Assembly (NCBI GenBank): GCA_013239625.1
Contig: MU053379.1
Location: 2,524,866 to 2,588,865 of the forward strand
Source: Lama guanicoe
Taxonomy: Eukaryota
Reading direction: 5' to 3'
DNA length: 64,000 nt
Part shown: piece after piece, positions 25,680 through 38,104 of the stretch
Position numbering within the stretch: position 1 is the first letter of the stretch
How the letters are laid out: each line of letters opens with the position of its first letter
Notes under the pieces: model-generated
Seen by the model: the letters and a program-made list of their open reading frames with translations, nothing else
Database searches by the model: none
What the model was told of the DNA's origin: nothing
Program-made: the position numbers and the translations under genes

Positions 25680-26470
25680 TGTTACTGAAAGTTCAGCTCT
25701 TTCCTCTCCTCACACTTGTGACACCAGATGTGTTGCGTTTTTCTCACACAGACAACTCTCTAGACACCAGCTGGTGTCCTGCAGTTTAATTCACTTCTGA
25801 CACCGCCCAGACTTAGTGCAGACCGCACAGTTTAAGGGCTCAGGCCCACAAGACTGCTCCCTTTTTAGATGCCAGTCACAAGCCCCAGGTTGTCACCTGT
25901 ATGTTTAACTGACTGGCCGTAAATCAGGGGCTCCCATGACTCCCTCCTCGGGTTTGACAATTTGCTGGAAGGGCCAGCAGAACTCAGGGAAACACTTATT
26001 ATCATCAGTTCAGTTCGTTGTAAAGGATGCAATTAAGGAACAGCCAAACGGAAGAGATGCGTGAGGCAAGGCAGGGAGGAGGGGTGTGGGGCTCCCATGC
26101 CCTCCTGGACACGCCAGTGCCCAGCACCTCTGTGTTCAGCAGCCTGGAAACTCCTGGTCCCCATTGTGTAGGGGGTTTTATGGTGTTTCCATTAGTGATT
26201 GATGAAATCACTGGCCATTGGTGATTGAACTCAACTCCAGCCCGTCTCCCCTTCCTGGAGGTTGGGGGGCAGGGCTGAAAGTTCCAACCCTCTGATCGCG
26301 TGGTAACCCACTGCCGTTCTCCCACAGTCACCTCATCAGCCTCACCTCAGGCATGGTTGGAAGGGGCTTATTATGAAAAAGAAAAGATGCTCCTCCCAGG
26401 AAAGTTTAAGTGTTTTAGGAGCTCTGTGCCAAGAGTGTGGGATGGAGACCAAATTTTTTAAAATTACATC
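25680..26470. mobile_element. MER21-like solo LTR
   Basis: Starts tgtta and ends ttaca. Motifs gacaccagctggtgtcctgcagtttaattc, ggccattggtgattgaactcaactccagccc, gggctgaaagttccaaccctct. Confidence 0.75.
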
Positions 26471-26794
26471 ACCTCTCATACTCATCTTCCCACTTACATA
26501 TTCCTCATCGAAGACCTAAAATCATGAGGCCATTGCGAGAGGCTCAGAATCAGGCAGGATGCGGCAGGTGATGTGGTTATAGCTCAGACCCACCTGGGGA
26601 ACCAGCGAGATGAGCTTACCTCACTTGAACTTTCCCACTAAACCCCCGTCCTCACATCCCCTCCATCCAGTCAAGTGAGTGAGTTCCAGAAAATTGAAGA
26701 GTTCCCGCCTGATGAGGGGCGAATGACCATGAACTTCTCTGTGACTCGGGGGTCCATCAGACGGACCCTGAAGCAGTGGCGAGCCTTGCTGAGA

Positions 26795-27535
26795 ACTGCG
26801 CGGTGGAGGGGAGGAGCTGGGCGGGAGGGCTGGGCTTGCCCGAGGGAAATGGCAAGGGCAGGGGCAGGCAGGGGCGCTGTCTGCGCGGAGCTCTGACTCG
26901 TTTTCCCTCAAGAGCCTCCTGCCAGCGTCCCGGGGTTACAGACCCCCCGGGCCTGTCCGCAGTGGCCGGTCACCGCCTGGCTGCGCACTGGGCTGGGCGC
27001 CGGGGGCCCGGGGCGGGGCTCGTGCGGGCCTCACGCTGGGAATCCGCCGGAGGGCTGACAGTGACCGGCGCGCCGGGTGTTGCAGGTGGAAGGCGCGGCT
27101 GTCGGCTTCATGAGCGTGTGCTCCAGGGTGAACATGCAGCTCCTGCACGAGTGCTTCGACCTGGGGCCCTTCCACGGACTCTGCACTCCTCATCCCGACG
27201 ACGTCCTGCGACCGCCGCCGAAGCCCGGCCTCCGGGGGAGCCCAGGTACGCGGCCCTCGCAGGCGCGCCCGGCCGTGCCCTGGGGCGCGGTCCCAGCGCT
27301 GCCCGCAGCCCCCTGGCAGGAGTGGGTCCCGCGGCCGGGCGCGCCCTCGTGCACATGCGCGCGAGCACAGGCGGTCGTGAGGGCAGCACAGACACCGCGG
27401 TTCCTGAATTCGGGGCGACGGCCCTCCGCGTGTGCGCTGGTGGAGGAGGGCCGAGGGCGGTGAGATAGCGGACGGCATCCAGGGTTTTACCCGCACGCGC
27501 GCGCACAGCACGAAGCCCGAATACAGGCGAGTTCT
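26795..27535. promoter_or_regulatory. Intragenic CpG island around the 160-nt exon
   Basis: Very GC-rich with dense CpG (ggcgcgcc, cgcgcg) over about 700 bp, against AT-rich flanks. Confidence 0.75.
27086..27245 (+). CDS. CFAP61: CFAP61 coding exon (160 nt; VEGAAVGFMSVCSRVNMQLLHECFDLGPFHGLCTPHPDDVLRPPPKPGLRGSP)
   Basis: ttgcAG acceptor, CAG|GTACGC donor. Conserved motif FMSVCSRVNMQLLHECFDLGPFHGL. Phase fits both neighbours. Confidence 0.95.
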
Positions 27536-27571
27536 TCAAGTCAAGACCTCGAGAAATTCTACGTGCAGTTA

Positions 27572-28055
27572 AGTTTTTATTTCTTATATTGAGGTATGGT
27601 TGATTCACAGTGCTGTTAGTTTCAGGTGCTCCGCAAAAGGCTTCAGTTATACGTTTGTCTATATCCTTTTCCACATAAGCCTTTATGTTTTAATCCCAGC
27701 AGTTAGCACTTCCGTTTACGTCTTCAACGAATTGTTACGTGGTACGGGTCTACTGCAAGTTGTCATTTTTAAAAATTGAAGTGTAGTTAATTTACAATAT
27801 TGGTTAGTTTCAGGTAGACAGCAGATTGATTCAGTTATACACATATATCTGTTCTTTTTCAGATTCTTTTCCATTAAAAGTTATTCCAGGATACTGAGTA
27901 CAGTTCCCCATGCTGTACAGCAGGTCCGTGTTGTTTATTCTATATACGGTGTGTGTGTCTGTTCCTCCCAATCAGTACAAAAGGGAACCACTGCTGCCTT
28001 TCCCCTTTGGTAACCGTTAAGTTTGTTTTCTTTGTCTGTGAGTCTGTTTCTATCT
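27572..28055 (-). mobile_element. Two short antisense cetartiodactyl L1 3' ends (about 27572-27675 and 27770-28055)
   Basis: ttgaggtatggttgattcacagtgctgttagtttcaggtg and ttgaagtgtagttaatttacaatattggttagtttcagg...ccctttggtaacc. Confidence 0.8.
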
Positions 28056-28187
28056 TTTTAAAAATTTTTTTGAGGGGGGATAATTAAATTTAATTATTTA
28101 TTTTTTTTTAGCGGAGGTGCTGGGGACTGAACCTAGGACCTCGTGCGTGCTAAGCACGTGCTCTGCCACTGAGCTGTACCCTCCCCA
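28056..28187 (-). mobile_element. Vic-1-type SINE
   Basis: ggaggtgctggggactgaacctaggacctcgtgcgtgctaagcacgtgctctgccactgagctgtaccctcccc. Confidence 0.88.
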
Positions 28188-28399
28188 CAACAGGTTGTCT
28201 TTTTTCTTTTAAATCACAAAGCAAGTCTGTTTATCAAGTTGTCATTTTTGACTTGCTTAACTTATTTCTAGCCACATGCAATAGTAAAACAGATTTTAAA
28301 AAACTGTCTGTATTAGAATTTCCACCACGTGACATCAGGTAATCTCGAACTTTGGCATTTTAATTTAACGAGATCTCACTGCACCCATGAGTATGTTTG

Positions 28400-28610
28400 A
28401 GGTTAAGGATTTCAGTTCTGAAATCAGGCAGATGCAGGCAGGGTGTGTTAATTCACTTCTCTAAACCTGGGGTTTTTTGTTTGTAAAACAGGAATATTTT
28501 ACAGGGGCGTGTGGGGCCTCACCGAGGTTGCCCACGTTCAGGGCGTCACCCAGGGCCCCGGGGAGCTCTGTGCTCAGTCAGTGTAGAGTATCATCGTGGG
28601 CAGTCGTTGT
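28400..28610 (+). mobile_element. MIR SINE relic
   Basis: ttcacttctctaaacctgggg...tttgtaaaacaggaat...gtgctcagt. Confidence 0.45.
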
Positions 28611-29114
28611 CCTCACTCTGTGTTCGGCCTTTCACCTGAGTCTTCCCAGGCTAAAATCAGGGCATCCTGAATTGCTCTGCCTTCCTGGGTCTGAAAGATT
28701 ATACCAAGACCTTTCAAAACCAGGAAGAGGAGCATGCTGGGCGTGGCAGGGGTTGATTCGGTGGATCCTGTCTGCTGGGCGGGAAAGCAAGTGCGTGAAT
28801 GTGCAGTGCTCACCTGATGTTCACACTCCTTACGAAGAACCTGCAGAGCCCAGGTGGAGAGGCTGATGGTAACACTTTCCCCGGAAGAAAGGTCGGAGGT
28901 CACTGCTGTCTCACGGTGAAGTCTGGCTTGCCCGCGTTCTCAGCAAAGGGGCTAGGAGTGTTCTGAAGGAACTTGCCGGCGTGAGGCAATTCTGAAAAAT
29001 AAGTTATCGTTGTCACTTTTAAATGCATAAATTCTTCCTGAAGACAGCGTTAAATAGGTTTTATGGCTCTGTTTTCTCATGTATAAAATGGAGCTAAAAA
29101 TCGTCTCTAACCCA

Positions 29115-29161
29115 TATCTTGTAATAATCTGTAATGGAAAAGAATCTGAATAAGAATATAT

Positions 29162-29202
<41 letters not shown>

Positions 29203-29268
29203 AAACTGAATCGCTTTGCTGTACATCTGAAACACTGTAAATCAAGTGTTCTTCAATTAAAAAAAAAT
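29115..29268 (+). mobile_element. L1 3' tip with (TG)n microsatellite, splitting a MIR
   Basis: tatcttgtaataatctgtaatggaaaagaatctgaa, (tg)n at about 29164-29199, ctgaatcgctttgctgtacatctgaaac. MIR halves on either side. Confidence 0.8.
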
Positions 29269-29415
29269 AGTATCCAACCCAAAGAGTTGTTGGGAAGATG
29301 AAATGTTAGAAACTACATGATATACTTAGCTCTCTGCCAAGCACAGAGTAAGTTCAAAAACAATGTAAGTTGTCCCCCTACCCCCATGACTGCTGTAATT
29401 AAAAATTAGTTAAAG

Positions 29416-29570
29416 GGGTGAGGGTGTAGCTCAGTGATAGAGCACGTGCTTAGCATGCCTGTTGTCCTGGATTCAATCCCCAGCACCTCTGTTAAAAAAT
29501 AGATATAAATAAATAAACCTAATTACTGCCCCCAATTTTATTTTAATTAAAAAAATTTAAAAAGAGAAAT
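29416..29570 (+). mobile_element. Vic-1-type SINE
   Basis: ggggtgagggtgtagctcagtgatagagcacgtgcttagcatg...ttcaatccccagcacctct...taaacctaattac. Confidence 0.85.
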
Positions 29571-30599
29571 GCAAATAAAACTTAAAAAATTAGTTGAAAA
29601 GATATTGTCCTTTCTAGTGTGTTTCTGAATGGCTTTGAAGCTACACAGAATGACTGGGAAATTTCTACCTTAGAAACTTTATGGACAGAAACAAAATTCA
29701 AAATTGAAGCAGAACCCTGGACTTAAAAACAGACATAATCTAGTATATTGTTCCCAGAGATACAGAAGCTGAGAGAAGCCTTACTTCTCGCTACTGCCTC
29801 TAATATTTTTCCTTAAAATTAGTTGATCTGGGACAGGATGGTGAGTCAAAAACATAGGAAAACTTCTCTTGTTATTTTGTGTGCCTTGTTTATTTTTGAA
29901 AATCCAGCTTTATGTTCACTGATAAAAGGGTGATTATGACATTGTCACCAGGGAGCACCGTTGTAGACTTCCAGATGACTCGGGCGTGGATCCCCGAATC
30001 AGCAGCAGCTCCTTGTGTCTAAGGAAAGGGTCATCACACATCTTGCTGCCGTCTTCCCATCAACCGCAACAGAGAATGAGGCTCCAGGGGAAATCTGAAA
30101 TGTGCTATGATCCACGTTCATTTTCTTCCTGATGAAAGTCTCAAGTTAAAGTGAATATAATTTCCCTAAAAAAGGAGCTAAAATTCTTGTCTCGGTGGGC
30201 GCACATCATTGTGCTTCACACCTTGGATTTTGCTCAGTGCTTTTTATTTTTCAGAGGATTTTCGTATGTATTACCTCGTTTTGTCCTTATAACTTGATGT
30301 CAGAGGCAGGTGACACCTGCCCAAGCCCACAGAAGGTCTCACAATCACAGCTCCTTGGGGGCTGCCCCAGACCCCCACCTGGCTGTCTGCTTCCCAGGTG
30401 ACTTTTGGTCTTGGGTGGCTGTGATTGAAAACTCCAGTGGCGGGTCTACTACACAAATCTGCTGTCAGCTTTTTCACTTCAATGAGATATTTCGTGAGTT
30501 ACCACTCTAAGGCGTTCTCAGTGACCTGTGTGTATGCGAGCCTTGGACCGCTTCCATCTTCTGGAATCTTCACCTCTGTGTCTGTGAGGTTGGCCAGGC

Positions 30600-31090
30600 C
30601 AGTCTGCCCAGTGCTGGAGGCAGGCCGGGAGTGCCAGGAAATTGACACCCCAGGAGCAGCCTCTGGCCCCCTGTTTCTTGTCCCTGCCTCATACTGCTAC
30701 TTTCTCAGTCAGCTCCCAAATAAACCGTTGTGCTCAAATCCTTGATTCAGGGTCTGCTTCGGAGGGAACCCACATCAGGACACTACTGATCTAGTCTTTC
30801 CCCAGCAGCTGTGAACATGTTTACTTACACACAACTGACAGGGGTCAGGGTATAACTACCCCAGCTCCCTCACCCCTTGGGTAGGATGGCTCTGAGACGT
30901 GAGCTTCGTACCGCTGCTCAGAGTTCCTCCAGGAGGAAGTGCTCCAGCTGACAATCTGTGTGATGGCACAGGTTTTATTAGCGGCTTTCCCTTCCCATTC
31001 TGTCTTCATCATCACCCTACTGGTGCTTCCTGGAATCACCTCCCAAATAAGCTACTTGTTCTCTAATCTTTGACTCAAGGTCTGGTCTTT
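30600..31090 (+). mobile_element. ERVL LTR16-like relics (two adjacent pieces)
   Basis: ctcccaaataaaccgttgtgctcaaatccttgattcagggtctgcttc and cacctcccaaataagctacttg...ctcaaggtctg. Confidence 0.55.
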
Positions 31091-32368
31091 TCCCACTAGC
31101 TGTGAAACTTGCGTTTTCATAGTAGCCTCAGCCCTTCCAAGCAGAATAACAACGTCGCAGCTCAACCCTCCTGAGCTCGTGCGTGGTCCTCCTTCCTTGG
31201 CTGCTACACGCGTTGTGATCAGCCTACTGTCTCATCGTTTCAGTGTGTCGGAAGTTTCCATCGGACCTAAGAAGTCTGACCATGCACCTTCACTTTGCAT
31301 TCTACTGGAACAATCTGCACATGATCCCTTTTTTAGCCACCTATTCTGCATGCATGAGTTATTACACACACTTGTAAATTTTGGTTTTTATCTACTACAC
31401 CTGAGGACTAAACTGGGACCAATGGGAAAAAAGTCTAAGGATGCAGGTTTTGTCCCAGTATTACAGGGAAAATCATGTAAACGTTTATTTTTTTAATTAA
31501 GTAGAATACCTAGTTTAGAAGTAGCAAGTTCCCCAAATACTGGAAGAATTCAAAGTCACAGATGCTCAGAAAAGAGCTTTCTGCTTGTGTGGGAGATTGT
31601 CCTAGATGAGATGTAAGACCCTTCAAGTGCCAAGAGTCTCTGAAAGCTTAGTGAACACACATCAGGATGTTCCGTGTGCTGGCAGTTTATGAATATTTTT
31701 CCTTCAGTGACAAAATAATATTTTTTTTCCCCTGTTGGCTCCACCACTGGCCCTGCCCAGCACTTTCAAATCAAGCTGTGTTTTTTGTTCACGGCAACAT
31801 CACAATGAAGACTTTGGAATCAGAACTAAGCTGGCCACTTTCTTGATGATGCATAAGGCGAAATCGGGCACGGCCTGCATTCGCCCAGCTGTACTGGCAT
31901 CGACATGTTTATTAGTTAAAATTTAAAAAGATAAAAACAAAATTTTTGTTTGTCATGTAGGCCAATGGGACCTGCGGAGCAGGAAAGAGCCCTGTGGGTG
32001 ACAGTTGTTATGCACGTGGGCCCCACCACGCAGAGGCTCTGGAATGAGATGTGCCCCTGGCAGAGAGAAATGCAATGTCATGGAACAGAATTGGGGACTT
32101 CCAAAGGAATAGCCAATACAGACGCCTAAAACCAACCCACCCAGGAAAAGTGCTGCTTACTGTACATTTAAAAGGCCTTTCAAAACAAAATTTTTGTAAC
32201 ATCTCCATATAAGACATAGCAATGTTGCCTTTTAAATTAAAAAAAATCACTCTGGTTGTCAGGAAATATTTCTTTATGTCTTATATAAATTTCTTTTATT
32301 AAACTTACATTTGCTTCTTACCTCAGATTATCTGCTCTGCAAGGGGGGGAAACATCTGGAACTAAGAT

Positions 32369-32846
32369 TGTTGCCGGAGAATCGGTTCTTGTCTCGCATA
32401 GGAAAGAATTCAAGAGCGAGGCACAGTAAAGTGACAGCAAGTTTATTTAGAGACACACACACTCCATACGCAGAGTGCGGGCCATCCCAGGAGGCAAGAG
32501 AGGCGGCCCCAGGGTACGGGGTTGCTACTTTTGTGGGCTGGGTAATTTCATATGCCAGTAAGCAGGAGAATTAATCCAGGTGTTTTGGGGAAGGGGCAGG
32601 GATTTCCGGGAATTGGACCCCGTCTACTTTTTGGCCTTTTATGTCGGCCTGGGAACTGTCATGGGCCCTGAGGCGTGTCATTTAACATGCTAATACATTA
32701 CAATGAGTTTATAATGAAGCTCCAGGTCCACCGGAAGCCAGATCTGCTGCCATCTTGGGCCTTGTTGGCTCTAACCAGTTATACTGTCCTCAGTTGCTGC
32801 GTCATTCTTTTAGTGGTTGTGCCTTGTCCCCTTCTCTCCTGTCTTA
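32369..32846 (-). mobile_element. ERV1-class solo LTR
   Basis: Starts tgttgccggagaatcggttcttgtctcgc, gtttattt (antisense poly(A) signal), gccatcttgg, ends cctgtctta. Confidence 0.75.
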
Positions 32847-33154
32847 ATAAGTCACAGCTAAGAAACAGTGGCTAAATCAAGTCTTACTTATCAAGTGGTG
32901 TATCGAACAGTCCAGGCCTCTTCGCCTCTTTTCCTAAGGCTCTGTTTTATACGCCTGGGTTGTTTTCTGTTTGACTTCATTCTTTTAACATGGATTCCAA
33001 ATACGAATGAAATTCTCATCCACAGAGCATAGCAGTATTTCTGCCAGAATTTTTGCATTATGTGTCTCAGACCATGTTGTTAGCGCCTGGTATACTCTGT
33101 AGTCATTGAACTAGTGACCCACTAGGACTCTGAGTTTGTTTGCATGATCAGTGC

Positions 33155-33496
33155 GGAGTTCCACACACTGAAGAGCTTAAACAGCAGAAATTCATTTTCT
33201 CACAGTCCTAGAGATGAGAAGTCCGAGAACAGGGTATGGGCGAGGCTGGTTTCTTCTGAGGCCGATCTCCTTGGCTTGTAGATGGCTGTCTCTCCCCTGT
33301 GTCTTCATGTGGTTCCCGTGTGTGTCCCAGTCTCCTCTTCCTACGAGGACACCAGTCCTATTGGCTTAAGGGCCCATCCATCTGACCTCATTTCACTCTA
33401 TCTAAGGGCCCTTTCTCCAAAGATAGTCACATTCTGTGCTGTTAGGGGTTAGGACTTGAACATGAATTTTGTCAGGGGACAGTTCAGCCTGTAACA
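33155..33496 (-). mobile_element. ERVL-MaLR LTR (MLT1A/B-like)
   Basis: ttaaacagcagaaattcattttctcacagtcctagag...gacaccagtcctattgg...gggttaggacttgaacatgaatttt...ttcagcctgtaaca. Confidence 0.85.
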
Positions 33497-33847
33497 CCTG
33501 GGATCCTGTGTCAGCCGTCCCCTGGTGCCCTGTGGCCAAGGCTGTAAGACTGGCAATAATGCGGATCGTGGCAGCAAAGTCCCCACTACTTACTGCTCAT
33601 ACAAAGCCTCACGTGCTGACTCATATTTTCACAATTTGAATTTCATCTTTTTTTTTAAACCATCAAATGTCTTTTTAGTATAGGAAGTCAACAAAATTGC
33701 GTTCTTCTAAAACTTTAGTCACTCTTACCAACTTTGTTTTTCTAGAATTAACTGTGTGGGTTCTAAAGCTTTGTAAAACATGTTGACAAAACAAATATAT
33801 AATACCAGACCTTTCCCAGGCTGACACGATTCTCTCCAAGGTTGACA

Positions 33848-34921
33848 GTGTCAACAAAAAATTCATCAGTCCATCTAAGAAAGAAATGGAAAACTTTATT
33901 CCAGTCAAATTAAGGATTACCACCCAGGAACAACCTCTCAGAAAGCTTTGAGAAATGTTTCACCCCTTAGAGGTCAAAGCACAGTTACGTAGGTTTTTGA
34001 GACAGAAGACCATACGTTAAATGACGTAGATAGTTTGTGCAATCCAGATCTGTGAGTGTTCCCCAAAAACTGGGTTTGCCTCTTGGTGAATGTCAACAGC
34101 CAATCAACACAACCAAGCTGAAGCACTGGAGAAGGAAGGCTTTAGTATTTCTTGCAGCAAGTGAGGAGAACACCAAGCTCTTTCCCAGAGCAGTGTCTCT
34201 GACAGCAGCACTGGGGAAGTTTTAAGCTAAAGGTACATGCATATTCATGAAGGTATATGCATATTCATGGTGGTACATGCATATTCTTGAGCTGAGGAGA
34301 ATTCAGCATAGAATTGGGGTCAAGGTGCACAGAGTCCAAGCCTTAGTTGATTGAAGTCAGGAGGGTCACTGTCATCATTCCTCCTGCACCTGGGCGGCGG
34401 CCTTGGCCCCTGCAGAACTCAAAGACTATATCAGATTATGCGCAGCCCTTGAGGAGGAACTCGGACTCTGGTTTATGCTGAACTATTGTTTCCTGACTGT
34501 TTTTCCTTTGTTCCTGCCTTCTCTACTTCCCTTAGGGTCATTGATTACTAAGACCTGTTCAAGGGCAAAGCACTGTGGCCAAGCTTAGGTTACAAAATGG
34601 CTTAGAACAAAAATGGCTTCTCTTATGTCAAGAAAGCTGTTTCTGGTTCTCTCTCCCCAGGGAACCCCCTAACCTATGTGCTTACGTAAGTACGAAGTGG
34701 TGGGTCATGTGACCCCTTACAAGCTCGAGAAGGAATGTTATCTTTTAAGGAGGGTCCTGGTGCTGGGAGAATGTTCTTTATGGTTGAGCAGATGTTTCTG
34801 CCAGTGGGGGTGGGGGGAGGCTAGTCAATGCATCATGCAGAGAGGAGGCCAAAGGACAGAGAAGAATCTTTATGTTTAAGTTTTCCCTGATTTGCCTTAG
34901 AACACAGTTTTTACTTCATCA
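33848..34921 (-). mobile_element. ERV1-class LTR interrupted by a second LTR (about 34057-34685)
   Basis: Outer element tgtcaacaaaaaa...actttatt...tttacttcatca. Inner element tgttccccaaaaactgggtttgcc...cctatgtgcttac, flanked by gtgagt / gtaagt. A 20-bp tandem repeat ggtacatgcatattcatg(aa), about 3 copies, at 34232-34287. Confidence 0.7.
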
Positions 34922-36400
34922 CCAGTGTACACTTGCGCGGGTCCTCAGGGCGGAGCCCCTGGGATCCAGGCTTGAGACCCGGTCTTGCTGAAGGGGTCAT
35001 TGCCCTGAAGTGACCTTGGTGAGCCTTTTGATTATTTAATACAACCTGTTGCTGCTTTTCCATCTTCATTCGAATACTGGTTTCTAAGCCCTTTTGAATG
35101 CCTTTAAAAACAAGCAGCAACAAACGATGGCACCCCTCCTGAGGATCCGTTATCTTGCAGCGAGCAGGATGGCTGGTGACCACCTTCGTCCCCTCCCGTC
35201 GGGGCTGGGAGCGACTCGGCTGCGCTCCCTCCCGGAGAAAGAGTCCTTTCTCAACGGCAGAAGTACAAATGCATTTTTGCATAGGGCCCTGGGGTCTCTG
35301 GAAGAAAAGTGGCTTGATTTATCTTCGTTATGATCATTACGCACCGGGGTTATTTTCTCAGTAGGCGATGTCTCTTTGCCCCTATTTATGGAGCAGTGGA
35401 GAAGGCATTTAATGAATTTCAAGAGTGTATTTGACTGTAAAACACATCTCTCTTTAGTGCATTCACATGTAAATAGCCCTTTTATTTGTTCTCTCTGGTG
35501 ACCTTTCTTCTTTTGGGGGGTAGAGCACAGTTTGTTGTTGTTTTCCATTCCCAAATGGGAGGCTGAATGATAATCGCGAAAGATTATGCAAAAAAATCCA
35601 TGTTTAAAATAACGTTGATACGGCACTTGTGTTGCGGGATAATTATAGTAATTTGGCCATTACACTATATGGAGTCGGGAGTTAGTTGCTAGAAAACACG
35701 GTGATGGGGTGATTCAGAGGGTTTTCATCCCAACAGGCTGTTTGATCCTGCTGACTTTCCTCTTGAAAATCAATTGCTGGCGGTGAACACTCTGAATTCC
35801 CGCTTGATTAAATTGGCCGTCGGCGGGCTGTACCCATTGCGCTGGGGTCACTGTGAGTCCCGTGTCTGTTCACACAGGGTTTTTGACAACTCTTAACATA
35901 TCACGGAGCCAGTGTATTCCGAGCCAGTGAAGCAACTAAGGAAGCAATTGCTAAAAATCCGCCTTTGCACGTGGCAGCTAACAAAGGAGAATGTATTAAT
36001 TCTAAGCCCAGCATGAAGCCAGGTGTTTCACTGGGGGGGGGGGTCGCAAGCCTTTTCTCCGCTGCGTATTGCTCTGGCTCTGGGGGGTTTTCAGACTCCC
36101 AGGAATGCTTAGGCTCAGTCACAGAAGGCCTGGGACAGTCACCTTGGGAGCTCCGACTTCAGGATTACCTTTGACGGTGTCCCATTTCCCCTCAAGGTTA
36201 TTAATATATTCAGGTTTTCTATTTCTTTTGAATAAACTTTAGGAAATTAGATTTTTTCTAGAAAAGCATCATTTAGTATATGAAGCTCAAAAAATGGTTA
36301 GTACACAGTTGTGGATCTATGTATTTTTATCTCCAGTATGTATATATGTGTCCATATACATACAGACACGTATACATACATACCTACGTGTGTGCACACT

Positions 36401-36783
36401 GTTAAAACGGATTAAAGAAGACAGTTTACGTGATACGAACAAACGTTATTTAACACTTCATGAAGTGGACAGTCTCTTTTCAGAGAACTGCAGAATGGGC
36501 CAGAAGTCTGGAAGCTTTATAGGATGAGTAATAAAGAACAAGGAAGAGAAAAACAGTGTCTGATTGGCTGGGGCCACATAGTTGGGGTGAGAAGGCCCAG
36601 AGTTGCTTTGGCATCTGGGGATTGGCCGACTAGGTATATTGCATTTTTGTTCAAGTGTAGCATTTACAGGGACATGCATGAAAGTTACGTGAGGCTGGTT
36701 TTGTTGACATGGCCCCCCCTACCCCTGACCTGCCACCCCAGGCAGGAGTGACTCCATCTTGGGCCTAGAAAGTTATTTCAACC
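36401..36783 (-). mobile_element. Solo LTR (ERV1-like)
   Basis: tgttaaaa...tgattggctgggg...actccatcttgggcctagaaagttatttcaac, inserted in a (CA/TA)-rich tract. Confidence 0.6.
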
Positions 36784-36931
36784 ACGTATATATGTTTTGT
36801 ATCCAACTCCATGTGGAAAAAGACTTCTTGTCTTTTTTATTGAGTGCTGATTTCAATCTACATGAAAGGTTTTAGAGATAAGAGAAAAGTAAATCACAAA
36901 ATTAACTATACAAAAAATAGTATTCATCATA

Positions 36932-38104
36932 ATGTTATTGAACGCAAGTTTGTGTGCCCCACACACCATGAGGCCAAATAAACCAAAATGTTGGAGTTTG
37001 GAGCAGAGAAAGGTATATTACAGGGCCAAGGAAGGAGGACTGGTGGCTCACGCTCAAAAATCCCAAATTCCTTGATGCTTTTCAGGGAGACGTTTTTATA
37101 GGCAAACTTTGGAGTGAGGGCTGCAGGGTGTGTGACTTTCTTCTGATGGGTTGGTGGTGAGGTCACAGGGCGGTGCCCCAGGACGCTTGTGCTCAGCCTG
37201 AAGTTACCATCCTCACCTGGGCGGGGCCTTAGTTCCTGCAGAAGAACTCGAAGATGTTGCTGTGTATTTCCCTTGAGGAGGAGCCAGGGTCCTGCTTTAA
37301 TCACTACATGTGCTTTCTTGATTATTCCTCCTTTGTTCTGCATTCCCTTACTTCCCTGATTTTTATGGGCTGGGTAATTTCAAATGCTAACAAGTGGGAG
37401 GATTGTTCCAACTATTTTGGGAAGGGGCGGGGATTTCCCAGAGTAGGGCCACTGCCCACGGTTTGACCTTTTATGGTCAGCCTCGGAACTGTCATGGCAC
37501 CCGTGGGTGTGTCATTTGTCATCCATATTTATATTTAGCATATATATAGCTAATATATTACAATGAGTGTGTAATGAAGCTCAAGGTCTACTAGAAGTCA
37601 GGTCTTCTGCCATCTTGGACTTACTTGGTTCTAACCAGTTAACCTATCCTCAACTGCTGTGTCGTTCTTTTAATGGTGTGTCCTCCCCCTTCCCTCCTGT
37701 CTCAAAGTGAGGACTCTAGCCCGGGAGACAGCATCTCAGAGAGCTGAGGAACTGCTCTGAAGAGGCAGGGGGAAAACGCAGTGTTACGTACGACTTTTTA
37801 GTGAGGAGGGGAGTACATGCAGTCAGCGCACGTTTTGGCAGGGGCTTGCTGCCAGTCACCAGGAGCAGATGTCACCGTTAGTGATTTCAGTGCTTTTCTA
37901 GGTATGAGGAGATGCAAGAATTTGGGCTCATAAAATCTTCTCCTGAAAATGTCTGTCTGAAGGCCAGTTTTCCCAGAGCACAGAGCACCCTATTTCTGAT
38001 CTTCACCCTGAATACCTTTCAGGGAGTACTGAAGGTCAGTGGCTGCAGGGGCTCGTGATTTAATCTAAGCAGAGGTAGATGGCTAGAGCCAGTTTTTAGT
38101 TGCA
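36932..38104 (-). mobile_element. Composite ERV1 LTR(s)
   Basis: tgttattgaacgcaagtttgtgtgcc start, internal end cctcctgtctca at about 37704, then a second LTR type ending gtttttagttgca. Confidence 0.7.

Noticed and set aside
26776..27674. Overlapping 188-230 aa ORFs on both strands
   Set aside because: Stop-codon depletion in a CpG island. Only the spliced CFAP61 exon has a recognisable peptide and splice sites.
34232..34287. Short direct-repeat array resembling CRISPR
   Set aside because: Spacerless 20-bp tandem repeat inside an LTR in a mammalian genome, with no cas genes.
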